A stretch of 64,000 nt of DNA from Octopus vulgaris (lineage: Eukaryota), in NCBI GenBank assembly GCA_951406725.2, contig OX597815.1, positions 85,994,001 through 86,058,000 of the forward strand. The letters are read 5' to 3'. Both the position numbers and the translations under genes were made by a program. Below are positions 40,913-52,920 of the stretch, in pieces (position 1 is the first letter of the stretch; each line of letters opens with the position of its first letter). The notes under the pieces are model-generated. The model ran no database searches, was not told the DNA's origin, and worked only from the letters and a program-made list of their open reading frames with translations.

Positions 40913-43146
40913 ATCCTAAAATAATTAATTTATCAAAAAGAGATCTTGACAATGATGAAATCCAACTTCTGTCAAAAGGACTGAAATTCACACCTACACC
41001 AACAGCCAACCACCAAGAATTAAAGGAGGATATCCAAAAATTCTGTCGAAAATTACGACTTGTAGAATTCTTCGCTAACAAAAGTAATGAGATTGATGAA
41101 TCCCTAGTAAGGAATAAATCAAATTTCACCCCACCAAAAGGAAGAAATAACTACCTTGACCAATACATTGATATCCTGTCTAAATTTCCCCTTAGACGCA
41201 ATACCAATGTTAGGCCAAACATTAGCAAATCAGAGATGTCTGCATGTAAACGTATACAAAACGATCAAACAATAATAATTAAACAAGCAGATAAAGGTGG
41301 TGCAATTGTTATTATGGATACCGAATACTATAAGGATTTGGTTGAAGACCAACTGAAGGATACAACCTTCTATTGTGAAATACCCGCAAATATAGACCAC
41401 CACATCATGAAAAAGATCAACAACCTGATTTCAACACACCACAACTCACTTACGGATAATGAAAAAGACTACATCACCAATTTTGAACCAAAACCCAGCA
41501 ACTTCTACGGCTTACCAAAAATACACAAATCAAAAAACATTCAACAGGCAGTAAAAGAACAAGAAAGTGAGTACATAAAATTATTACATCCAAAAGACCT
41601 AAAACTTAGACCTATTATAGCTGGTCCAGCATGCCCTACACACCGTCTAAGCAATTTTATTGACATTGTTTTGAAACCACTATGTACTTACATACCAAGT
41701 TTCATCAGGGATGACATCGACTTCCTGTCCCATCTTCCCAAAACAACAGAAACAAATTCAGTTTTGCTAAGTTTTGATGTGGTAAGCCTCTACACCAATA
41801 TTCCACACGATTTAGGAATAAAGGCGATTAAATACTGGTTAGAAAAACATAGAGAAGTGATTCCCAGCAGATTCACAGTGCCATTTATATTAGACACAGT
41901 CAAACTTATTCTAGAAAATAACACATTCTTCTTCAATGGAAAGAATTACATCCAAATTAGAGGCACGGCGATGGGAACGAGGTTTGCTCCCGTTTACGCC
42001 AACTCTGTAATGGGATACTTAGAAGAACAACTCTACCAAGAGGTGGAGGTAAACTATGGCACTGGATTTAGAAAGTATATTGAAAAGGCATGGAAGAGAT
42101 ACCTAGACGACTGTTTCATAATCTGGACAGAATCTCTAAATACTCTGGAAGAGTTCAATATCCTCCTGAACAACCTACACCCATCTCTCAAATTTACAAA
42201 GGAGATGAGTAGTACCAAATTACCATTCCTGGATATAATGGTAATTAAAAAAGACACCACCATCACCACAGATATATACTATAAACACACAGACACACAT
42301 CAATACCTAAATTTTAAGTCGTGCCATCCACCACATACAAAACGTAACATCCCATACTGCCTAGCCAGAAGAATTTGTACTATTGTAGAAGATGCAAATA
42401 TCAGGAACAAACGCCTAATAGAACTAAGAGAATTTTTGCTCAAACAAAAATACCCATCTCTACTTATAGAAAATGGCATACAGCGGGCTATAAAAATACC
42501 TATACAACAACTTAGGACAACCCAAGGAAGAGGAAAACAAGAACCAGTCATACCATTCATAGTGACACACAACCCATGTCACCAGAATATCTTCAACATT
42601 GCCAAAGCAAACCTTCCAATCATTGCCCAAAGTAATGAATTAAAAGACATAATCAAGGATCGAGCTATGGTGCTTAGTAAAAGACAGCCTAAAAACTTGA
42701 AAACATTACTAACAAAGGCAAAATTTGACCTCAGCAACAAAGACCAAACATTCACGGTATCTAAATGCAATGATAGCCGATGTGGCACATGCCAATTCAT
42801 ACATACCGGTCAATATATAAACACAAAAACCGGGAAAATATTCACAAACGCGAATATGAACTGCAAAAGCAGAAATTTAATTTACTGCATCAAATGCCCA
42901 AATTGTGAAGAAATATATGTAGGTCAGACGGGAAACGCACTATTAGAACGCTCACGTGTACACCGGCAACAGATTAGAGACCCAGAGGTCCGTCAGATAC
43001 CTTTGAGTAACCACCTAGCAACATGTGGTCGGAAAATATATATAATATTTCCATTCTACAAATTACACAGCCCAAGTGAAATCGAGAGGAAAATCAGAGA
43101 AAATAATTTTATTGATAAATTCGAACCCAAGCTAAATAAGCAATAA
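40819..43146 (+). CDS. Penelope-like RT plus GIY-YIG endonuclease; frame open from 40819, first Met at 41236
   Basis: PLE N-terminal motif IINLSKRDL..EIQLLSKGLKFTPTP in frame at 40921. RT motifs ADKGG, FDVVSLYTNIP, QIRGTAMGTRFAP and RYLDD. Cys linker CNDSRCGTC. Endonuclease NLIYCIKCPNC..YVGQT..L.ER..VH. Confidence 0.93.
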   Translation, partial: PEKNPFFYVRTTNTGERKNPRGNIPQTTERIDPKIINLSKRDLDNDEIQLLSKGLKFTPTPTANHQELKEDIQKFCRKLRLVEFFANKSNEIDESLVRNKSNFTPPKGRNNYLDQYIDILSKFPLRRNTNVRPNISKSEMSACKRIQNDQTIIIKQADKGGAIVIMDTEYYKDLVEDQLKDTTFYCEIPANIDHHIMKKINNLISTHHNSLTDNEKDYITNFEPKPSNFYGLPKIHKSKNIQQAVKEQESEYIKLLHPKDLKLRPIIAGPACPTHRLSNFIDIVLKPLCTYIPSFIRDDIDFLSHLPKTTETNSVLLSFDVVSLYTNIPHDLGIKAIKYWLEKHREVIPSRFTVPFILDTVKLILENNTFFFNGKNYIQIRGTAMGTRFAPVYANSVMGYLEEQLYQEVEVNYGTGFRKYIEKAWKRYLDDCFIIWTESLNTLEEFNILLNNLHPSLKFTKEMSSTKLPFLDIMVIKKDTTITTDIYYKHTDTHQYLNFKSCHPPHTKRNIPYCLARRICTIVEDANIRNKRLIELREFLLKQKYPSLLIENGIQRAIKIPIQQLRTTQGRGKQEPVIPFIVTHNPCHQNIFNIAKANLPIIAQSNELKDIIKDRAMVLSKRQPKNLKTLLTKAKFDLSNKDQTFTVSKCNDSRCGTCQFIHTGQYINTKTGKIFTNANMNCKSRNLIYCIKCPNCEEIYVGQTGNALLERSRVHRQQIRDPEVRQIPLSNHLATCGRKIYIIFPFYKLHSPSEIERKIRENNFIDKFEPKLNKQ

Positions 43147-43640
43147 TAATAATACTTAGAGGTATTACTTCCACTGCTACGACCATGACCACTAACAACA
43201 ACAACAATACTAAAGGTGATCAAGACGAAGATAGCAGGAAAATTATCTTATTTAGGGTTAAAAGTTCTATTGCCACCACCATCACCACTAGCAACAATAA
43301 TTAATGTGCTGACAATGATGATGATGACAATTGAAATATAAAAATATAAAAATCTCTGACAAAGGATATTTACAACATTTCTAAAAATAACCCAACAATT
43401 GCTGCTTCGGCCAGGGTCAAGATACAGGACTCTTGACCTGTCCAACAAAGCGTGATGCCTAAACCAATCAGCTCAACCAACCAATCAGCTTAAGTAATTG
43501 AGTGATACTACACACTGATTGGTCAGAATACAGTTTGCAAAACCTAGCACTCTGGAGCCTACCCAGCTGTATTTATAGCACAGAATCACTCATCTTGCTA
43601 CAGTCAAAAATTGTGAAGCATGACTGTCAACACTACTACA

Positions 43641-43685
43641 TGAACCCGAAGATTGCAGAATTCAATGCATGAAAGTACTAGTTCA
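43641..43685 (+). ncRNA. Minimal type I hammerhead ribozyme in the Penelope 3' region (U4C variant)
   Basis: TGAAC-CCGAAGA-TTGCA gaattcaa TGCAT-GAAA-GTAC-TA-GTTCA. Stem I is 5 bp and stem III is the palindrome AGTACT. Confidence 0.75.
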
Positions 43686-44282
43686 ATCAGAATGAATATT
43701 TAACATTCTACTATTTCATTTTATTTTATTCAATTATAATATATTATCTTATAATATATCATTATAAGATTGTAAATAAAACGTGAAAATCAGACAAGGT
43801 TGGAATTCTTTTTATTAATATATATATATATATATATATATATAGTTTTTCTTGTGCTTGTGCGTATATAGACGTATGTATGAACTTTTACGGTAGGCAT
43901 GTGTGTGTATGTGTTTGTATATATATGCGTATATATTTGGCGAAAAATGCGAGTGAAGATGTGTACGTTTTCATAGTGACGTATAAGTACGCACGTGGAT
44001 CCGCGAGCGCACATGTAAGCGTATGACTAGCCATGTATTACGTGTTTACTATGAAATTTTAATCTTATTTTATATAATTATAACACAGTAATTTCCCTTT
44101 ATATAACGGTATTTTTTCATAGCGTTTTTTCAGATGGCCAGATAACCGAAGAGATGGCGTTGTGGATTTCAAGTTTTATCTTGACTATTGAGTAATTGTA
44201 ACATATTATTTTATAGATAAATTTCCTCTATTCCCATAATATGGAGGTCTCTTTCTTTCTTTTGTTATCTTACCGTTTTTAG

Positions 44283-44322
<40 letters not shown>

Positions 44323-44542
44323 TCAATATAGGGTGGCAAAAAAATTTTGTAGAATTCTTTTGCCACCAACGGCCTAGTGGGAAAAAATTAAATAGTCATA
44401 AACCATTTTTACGTTCAACATCACAATCAAGGAACGGCCATAATAGGCCATTCAACCACTAGAAATAACAGCCAAAAGCTTTAACCGCAAAATAACATTA
44501 ATTCCGTAAACCAGGAGAAAATTGAAAAACTTTTACCCTGTA

Positions 44543-44649
44543 ATTTCTTAGACGATGCACCGTTTCATCTACCGTTTAATGGTAAACTAACCTGATTAAA
44601 TTAAATCAAGCCAATCCACCATAGGCCCTTAGACTCATCAGTAAGAAAT
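44543..44649 (-). ncRNA. Type I hammerhead ribozyme, inverted copy
   Basis: Reverse complement of 45022-45128 (plus strand ATTTCTTAGACGATGCACCGTTTCATCTA...AGACTCATCAGTAAGAAAT). Confidence 0.88.
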
Positions 44650-45021
44650 AGCCAAGTCGGAACAGATATTTTTCACGAGGCATTCCTCTTGCTACCTCGG
44701 CAATTATTTCTGTTATTTCTAGTGGTTGAATGGCCTATTATGGCCGTTCCTTGATTGTGATGTTGAACGTAAAAATGGTTTATGACTATTTAATTTTTTC
44801 CCACTAGGCCGTTGGTGGCAAAAGGATTCTACAAAATTTTTTTGCCACCCTATATTGATTAATTATGAATTTTCTGGTTAGTTCCGTAATGGAATCGGTG
44901 GCTTATATTTATTTGCTGCCGATAAATTTGGCGCGAGTGCGACGATTTGAAAATTTTAGGTCAGATATTGCCGAGGTAGCAAGAGGAATGCCTCGTGAAA
45001 AATATCTGTTCCGACTTGGCT

Positions 45022-45128
45022 ATTTCTTACTGATGAGTCTAAGGGCCTATGGTGGATTGGCTTGATTTAATTTAATCAGGTTAGTTTACCATTAAACGGT
45101 AGATGAAACGGTGCATCGTCTAAGAAAT
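45022..45128 (+). ncRNA. Type I hammerhead ribozyme, copy 1 of the 490-bp tandem unit
   Basis: Stem I ATTTCTTA (45022-45029)/TAAGAAAT (45121-45128), 8 bp perfect. Core CTGATGA at 45030-45036. Stem II GTCTA...TAGAT with a ~58-nt insert. GAAA at 45105-45108. Near-palindromic stem III CGGTGCATCG. GUC cleavage triplet ends at 45120. Confidence 0.9.
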
Positions 45129-45511
45129 TACAGGGTAAAAGTTTTTCAATTTTCTCCTGGTTTACGGAATTAATGTTATTTTGCGGTTAAAGCTTTTGGC
45201 TGTTATTTCTAGTGGTTGAATGGCCTATTATGGCCGTTCCTTGATTGTGATGTTGAACGTAAAAATGGTTTATGACTATTTAATTTTTTCCCACTAGGCC
45301 GTTGGTGGCAAAAGAATTCTACAAAATTTTTTTGCCACCCTATATTGATTAATTATGAATTTTCTGGTTAGTTCCGTAATGGAATCGGTGGCTTATATTT
45401 ATTTGCTGCCGATAAATTTGGCGCGAGTGCGACGATTTGAAAATTTTAGGTCAGATATTGCCGAGGTAGCAAGAGGAATGCCTCGTGAAAAATATCTGTT
45501 CCGACTTGGCT

Positions 45512-45618
45512 ATTTCTTACTGATGAGTCTAAGGGCCTATGGTGGATTGGCTTGATTTAATTTAATCAGGTTAGTTTACCATTAAACGGTAGATGAAACG
45601 GTGCATCGTCTAAGAAAT
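45512..45618 (+). ncRNA. Type I hammerhead ribozyme, copy 2
   Basis: Identical to 45022-45128 at an offset of +490. Predicted cleavage after 45610. Confidence 0.9.
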
Positions 45619-45736
45619 TACAGGGTAAAAGTTTTTCAATTTTCTCCTGGTTTACGGAATTAATGTTATTTTGCGGTTAAAGCTTTTGGCTGTTATTTCT
45701 AGTGGTTGAATGGCCTATTATGGCCGTTCCTTGATT

Positions 45737-45771
<35 letters not shown>

Positions 45772-45898
45772 GCACGTAGGTATGTATGTATGTGTATCCT
45801 TGTATGTATTTGTGTTTGCACATAATGTATTTTATGTTTATGTCTATATGTGTGTGCGTGTGTATACATATATTTGTATATGTGTGTATGTATATATA

Positions 45899-45942
<44 letters not shown>

Positions 45943-46475
45943 CGTCTAATGTAAATATGTACTCCCTTTTTATTTTATTTTACTTGTTTGTACCTTCCCT
46001 TACACTTGTAACCTTGTATGTGTTTGTGAGTGTATGCACGTGTGTCTGTGTATGTGTGTATGTATGTATTTATGTATAACTGTATATTCTTATTTGTGAA
46101 GTGTATAGGTTTTTCTATCACTTGCAAATTTATTCATAATAATTTTCTTCTTCATATATTCATTTTTTCTTCCTATTCTTTTTTTATTGTCTCCCCTACC
46201 CCGTGCTAGTTTTTGAGTTAGAGGATTCTTTGAATACACCGGCTGGTCCTCTCTGTGATCGTTGCTTTACTTTGTTAAGTTCTTTTTGTTCATTTGTTTG
46301 CCTGTATGTACATTTTTCAAACATAGACTTGCCTATCAGCTTTATGCCTCTTGTAATATAGTTATTTTTTACGTTTTTTGATATTAATAAGTATACGTAT
46401 AACTCTATATGCCTTTTCGCTGCTAGTGAACCAGTTGCGTTATATTCTACTATACATATATATATATATATATAT

Positions 46476-46516
<41 letters not shown>

Positions 46517-46989
46517 CACATATACGTATAAATATATAATATACACGTGTAAGCGTGTATGTGCGTCCGTGTGTCTGAGGAAGTGTGTATAAGCATATGT
46601 TACCGCTACCAATAAGAATGACCTATTATTACAAGTAACATATAAACCAGAGAGAAATCCCTACTCTTTGTTCAGAAATCTCCCTAGGGGAAGGTAACCT
46701 CTGATGTAAACTTTGCGACTTCATTTGCATCCAGTGTCATAGAAAAATTGTTCTTTTGTGGCAAATGCATAATGTAATTGCATGCTATGACTGGCCATGA
46801 TAGAAGAAGAGCAAAGCAATCATAAAAATACCATGATGGAATAAAGGTATGTGTCACCTCGGGTGGTAACTCTTTGAACACTTGTAGGTACCTAGCGAAA
46901 CATCAGCCATGCTCTAAAAGAAATATGAAAGAAACAAAGCGATGTTCTTGCTCGAAATTCAGTTGCAACCATCATATGCTTACATGTAT

Positions 46990-47097
46990 AAAAATATTAG
47001 TGCATATGTGCGCCCGCGCGCGCATGTGCGTATATGTATACATGATTGCCTATATATATGTATATATGCATGAGCACGTTCATATATACGTACACAC

Positions 47098-47154
<57 letters not shown>

Positions 47155-47955
47155 AATATATTTAATATATTTGAATATAAACAAGTATGTCTGCATATAT
47201 ATTACGAAAAGAGATAGGCAGAGTGATAGGGAGAAAGAGAAAAAGAAAAGGAAGCAAAACAGAGAAGGGATACTAGACAATGAAAAATAAACAAAGAAAA
47301 TAAATACAAACAAAAGGATGAATAGTGAAAGTGAAAATAAACGTCAAATCTGAGAGTCTTTTCTCTTCTCCGTTATATATGTATGTTTATGAATATTTAT
47401 TCCGTTCCATTATAGACCATTCAGAGAATGCTGTGATAGAGGATCCTATGACTGAACATGTTACTATATTTGGGATATGAAACTATTTTGGAACATCAGA
47501 GGGCAACAAAATAAATAAAAGAGGGGTGGGTGTGAGTCGGGAACCCAGTGAAACATAAATAACAGTGTAAACAAATAAACAAGATATAGGAAATGGATGT
47601 GTTAAAGCTGAAATTGTTTGTCTTCTTCCGCTTCATTTGCCATTCGTTATGGTTTGTTGTTATATCGGTATCGATAAAGTCGCCATTGTAGAAATATATT
47701 TCAGCTATACGTACGGACATATATAAGCTCATATTCACACGTTGCTTACAAGTACAAAGACGCACAGACGCACATGCACACGAACACACGGACAGATAGA
47801 CACACACACACAGATAGACACAAACACACATAGAAATATCTCTATGTGTGTACAGAACGAGCTTGTATCTCTATTTCCTATATTCCTGTATAGCACCCGC
47901 ATATATACTTGTATACAACACACATACATATGCACATGCATGTATATGTGCTTGG

Positions 47956-48016
<61 letters not shown>

Positions 48017-48056
48017 GTATATCTATATAAATATATATATTGTATATATTATATAA

Positions 48057-48116
<60 letters not shown>

Positions 48117-48372
48117 CATATACATATATATATATATAATATATATATATATATTATATATATATATATATACGCAAACGTATATAATATATATATATAT
48201 ACTTATATGTGTAAATGATTCGTATTATATGAACATTGATACGCGCACGCACACACACACACATACACACAGACATACACACACTCACACATATAAATAT
48301 CGAGCATATATATCGTTAAGTACACACATTTGCTTATACTTATATATGTATGCCCGAATATATACACACACA

Positions 48373-48418
<46 letters not shown>

Positions 48419-48440
48419 TATATACACATAAATATGTGTT

Positions 48441-48486
<46 letters not shown>

Positions 48487-49000
48487 ACACACATACATTA
48501 GATAGATTTTATTAGTACGAACAAAACTAGTGTGCTCACTTCACGTAGTGGAGTGAAATATATTCATTGTTTGTAATTTTTGTGGTTATAGATAATGATT
48601 TGAAGTTTCATGGCCGTAACCAGAATATGAATGGGATATCGGGGAATAATAACTCTTTTTATCTACTTACCTAGTAATGTATATATGGATGTAGGTACGA
48701 GAAAGACCTGTGGTATGATACTTTGTACACTACTCAGTAACTACGGGCACGTCTTCCTCCCCTTATTAATATACTCTCACCTCATTGCAATCTAATGGTC
48801 ACTTTATTCCATAGATACATGAACCCAGTCCATATATATGTACCACCAGGTAAAATGTTCATTCTGAGTCTCTTAACTATATAATATACTTGACAGCTCT
48901 GGAAGCCGAGATGCTGTCTCCCAGCTGTAGAAACCTTTGATGCCTTTGAATCATATGTAATAGATATACAGCATACAATATGATATATACATGTATATGC

Positions 49001-49071
<71 letters not shown>

Positions 49072-49162
49072 TATATATATATATATACATACATATATAT
49101 ATAAATATATATGCGTTTAAATATTTATTGACTAAACTGGCAATATGACCATTCCGAAATAT

Positions 49163-49249
<87 letters not shown>

Positions 49250-50573
49250 GAAATTTACAGAAAATCACACATATACATACTGTACTTGATGCGCTGATTC
49301 CGAAGACAATAGCATTTTTTATTCTCGTTCACTTTTCAACAGATCAAAAAACGGAAACATGAACGCACCTTAAATGCATATCAGAGGCAGCTGTAAGTCT
49401 GCAATGCACAAATGAATAGATGTATGAAGCCAACTACTAATACCTTTTCTTATACATCACTCTGAAAACATACCATATTAAGTTGGCAATGCAACCATGG
49501 ATTTAGAAATCAACTGGTGATGGATTTCGATCACAGATTTCTCCATAGGATTACCTGCAGTTCTATACCAATCAAAAAAATATTTTTTTAGGCTGGTGTA
49601 TTTGTATTAACACAGTACTGAAGAAGTATCTTCGCTGGATTGATAATCCTTTATTAATTACGATATATACATATTATCTGACGTGCCCGGTAATTCCAGG
49701 GAAAGCGGGTCTTATCCCTTGGTCCCGTTCTCATATTGTTTCACTAAGTCAATAACAACAATACAAAGTATGTAGCCCTTAAAACGGTTTTGTGCATTTA
49801 CAGAGAATACCGAACTGTCTTACATAGGATCTTGTTTTTAGGAATTCCCAATAAGTTATGATTACCCAAATTATGAAGTGAGTTATGTAATAACATGAAA
49901 TTAGTTACCCGGTAGTAAGAACTTAATTAAAGTAGCCCCGAAAAGGGCTTTAATGCGTTCCCAGAGTATATAGAACATAGGAGGAAATACTAATAAGGTA
50001 TGTATACTAAAATCATGAAGCATGTTACATAATAATAGGCTAATCGGATATGAGATAATAATTCAAAGTAAATAACTCTGAAACGGGCTTTTGTTCGTTC
50101 CCAGAGAATATAACCGTCAGGGGCGCTAGTGTTGGTATATTCGTGAATAAGCCGCTAACCGAAATAAGTGGATCTATTGTTTAGGGAAACATTATTTACT
50201 TGTTTAAGTGTTATACTGGATAAATAGCGAAAATAACTCTAACAGTTCAAATACTAAGAAATAAGCATACTCAATTTGATTTTTACCAAAATATTTAAGA
50301 AAACGAAAAGGTTATTTCCCTTGTTTCTATATAAGGATTCCTTCCAGCGGCCCTATTATCAATTTTTTTCAACAATCTAAGCATACCATGAGGATTCCAG
50401 ACATAAGTTCCACTCACGTGTCAAGTTTCATCAGGATCGATAAGACGATGTACGAGGAGTTAGCTAACAACTCCACAAGCCCACAGACATAGTTTCCCGC
50501 ATATGTAGTAGATATATATATATATATATATATAAAGTTATGTGCATATACACTTGTATGTGTGTATGTGTGC

Positions 50574-50637
<64 letters not shown>

Positions 50638-50843
50638 CCATGAGTATATTTCTGTATGTGCATTTCATTCTGTAGGTATGCACAAATATGTGTGCGCATT
50701 CCTATCCCAATCCCCGTCATACACACACACATAATTTTCAATTCGTTGTAGTTTGATAGTATTCTATCGAAATGTTGTAAACACATCAACCCTTTCCCTC
50801 CACTTTTCTTTCACTTCCACCACATACGCTTACATATGTATTC

Positions 50844-50875
<32 letters not shown>

Positions 50876-51004
50876 ATACATATATGTATTTATATACACA
50901 GCAACAGAAATAAAGAGAGATACGTATATGGGGAGATAGATATGTATATATATATGTGTGTGTATATATATATGTATATATATGTGTGTATGTATGTATG
51001 TATG

Positions 51005-51041
<37 letters not shown>

Positions 51042-51180
51042 GCATATATATATATATATATATATACATATATATATTGATATAGATAACGGCAATGTTA
51101 GTGCTATTTATATACGTATATATAAATCTATTTTACTTAAAGACTTTAACATATATTTTCAAACATACACGTATATATAT
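46990..51180. repeat. Region dense in (TA)n/(CA)n/(TATG)n microsatellites
   Basis: Direct reading. It is the source of many spurious YIYIYI ORFs. Confidence 0.9.
48527..50512 (-). mobile_element. Candidate non-autonomous Helitron; whether the two ends belong to one element is uncertain
   Basis: Minus-strand 5' end A|TCTACTACATATGCGGG at 50512. 3' hairpin TCACTTCAC-gta-GTGGAGTGA next to CTAG|T at 48527. Confidence 0.45.
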
Positions 51181-51522
51181 GGATGTGGTTGTGTGAAGCC
51201 GAAAGGAAGTGAAAAAAAAATTTATATATTTCATTTTTCTGCGTTTTTGTTTTATTTTGCAACTTGGTAAAAATAAGCAAACCATATCGATGTATAATGC
51301 CATAACATTACGTAATAATTTTTTGAACGAAGAAAGAAATGTAATAAATTCGATCTTTTGCCGACATAAAAAAAGTTAACAAATGAAAAAGACATTTCAT
51401 ATATGAAAATCTGTAAAGAAATTAATAAAGCGATAAAGGAGAAACGTGAAAACATTCGTTGGTAAAATATGATTTATGAAACATCGTATTACGGCAACAA
51501 GCAATTGTTTTCTATAGTTGCA

Positions 51523-51615
<93 letters not shown>

Positions 51616-51646
51616 GTCTCTCTGTCTGTCTGTCTATCTATCTATC

Positions 51647-52920
51647 TTAAAAGGAGGGCTGGGCATGCCGTGGTTGATGATGCGCAGACACGCGCTGAGA
51701 CTGTGACATCTCTGGCTCTATGTAGACGACGGTGAACAGGTGTGGTCGCCGTTTGTGAGGCACGCTTTCCCGCAGCTCGTCTCCATGACCGAACTGCAGT
51801 CGTGGATCAAAAAGAGGCCGAGGAAGGGCGAATGGCACCGCGAGTGTCGCGTTGCTCTCAAGCAACTCTGCCGTCCTGGGTCGACCTTAAGTGACTTCAA
51901 CACAACCAAAGCATTCTATAGGGGTTTAGTGGAGGGGAGGTACGACGACGAGCTCGGGGCGAACCTGGACGTCGACGAGGAGTACCTGACCCGCCTGTTC
52001 AGGACGACTTTCGGGCCAGGGCCCATGGACAACTTCCAGAGATCCCTGGACTGGCAGTGCTACAGAGAAGCGCTACCCGTTCGGGATAAGCTCTACAGAC
52101 ACGGTTCGAGAAACACGGGGCCGACCTGCCCGAGATGCGGTCAGAGCGACGAAACCGTTCTGCACGCACTCGATCAGTGTCCAACAATTTCCGACCTGTG
52201 GGCTTATGTCGAACAATTGCTGTCACGTGTGGGACGAGTCGGTTTATCAGCTGAGTCTATCGTCAATATTGTCACGCCTCCTTCCTTCAAACGGGAAGGA
52301 AGAGCTATTTTCATCATCCTTGTGGCTATGGCGACAAAATGTATCTGGTGGACGCGTCTGAAAGGATTGGAGACAAACACTTTCCTCTCTGGTCAATCTC
52401 TCATCAACTTCTTCAAGTACCACTTGAAAAGGAAAGTGAGAGTAGAGAGGCAAGTTTTGTCTAGCGAATGTTTTAAAAAAAGATGGGTGAATGTAGCAAG
52501 AATGACACGTATGAATGACGAAGCCACCTTGAGCATAGTCCTATGAACCCAGAAATCGAAAACAGAGAGTTGGTTATTTGCAAAAAAAAAAAAAAAAAAA
52601 AAAGAAATATAAAATGTGACTTCATTGACCGAGGTTACCGTGGTCTTTTCCGTAGGCTTTTCTTTCCACGGGTAAACCTCACCTGTCCTCCCCTTTACAC
52701 TTCATATTGACATTTCTGTGATAACGATCCCTATTGATCAATTTTTTTCCTCTCCCCCTTTTTTTAACCCCCCTTTTTTTTGTCCTCTTTCTCTCCTTTT
52801 ACGATCCCTTTTGATCGAAACTCCCCCTTCCTTTTTTTTTTTTTTAAACCTTCAAAAGAAAAGCTCTACCTTGTAATTTGTTCTATCTGTGTGCAGCCCT
52901 GTGTGGCTAATAAAGAAACA
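51647..52920 (+). mobile_element. 5'-truncated Tx1/L1-clade LINE (zf-RVT C-terminus plus 3' UTR)
   Basis: KGGLGMP motif, then LPVRDKL..TCPRCG..ETVLHAL..CP...LW zinc finger (ORF 51740-52546). T-rich 3' UTR and AATAAA at ~52909. (ATCT)n on both flanks. Confidence 0.88.

Larger units (their letters stand above)
40157..43815 (+). mobile_element. Penelope-like retrotransposon, Neptune-type, 5'-truncated at a (TA)n tract
   Basis: RT plus GIY-YIG ORF, a 3' non-coding region with a hammerhead motif, and (TA)n on both flanks. Confidence 0.92.
44315..45740. mobile_element. Hammerhead-bearing non-autonomous retroelement (retrozyme-like or Penelope pLTR array): 2.1 tandem 490-bp units plus one inverted 390-bp copy
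   Basis: 44710-45740 has a period of 490; the only difference I saw is G44825 vs A45315. 44315-44704 is the reverse complement of 44967-45356. (TA)n flanks both sides. Confidence 0.85.

Noticed and set aside
44865-45065. 66-aa ORF repeated in each 490-bp unit
   Set aside because: No recognisable motif, it overlaps the ribozyme, and its identity simply reflects the duplication.
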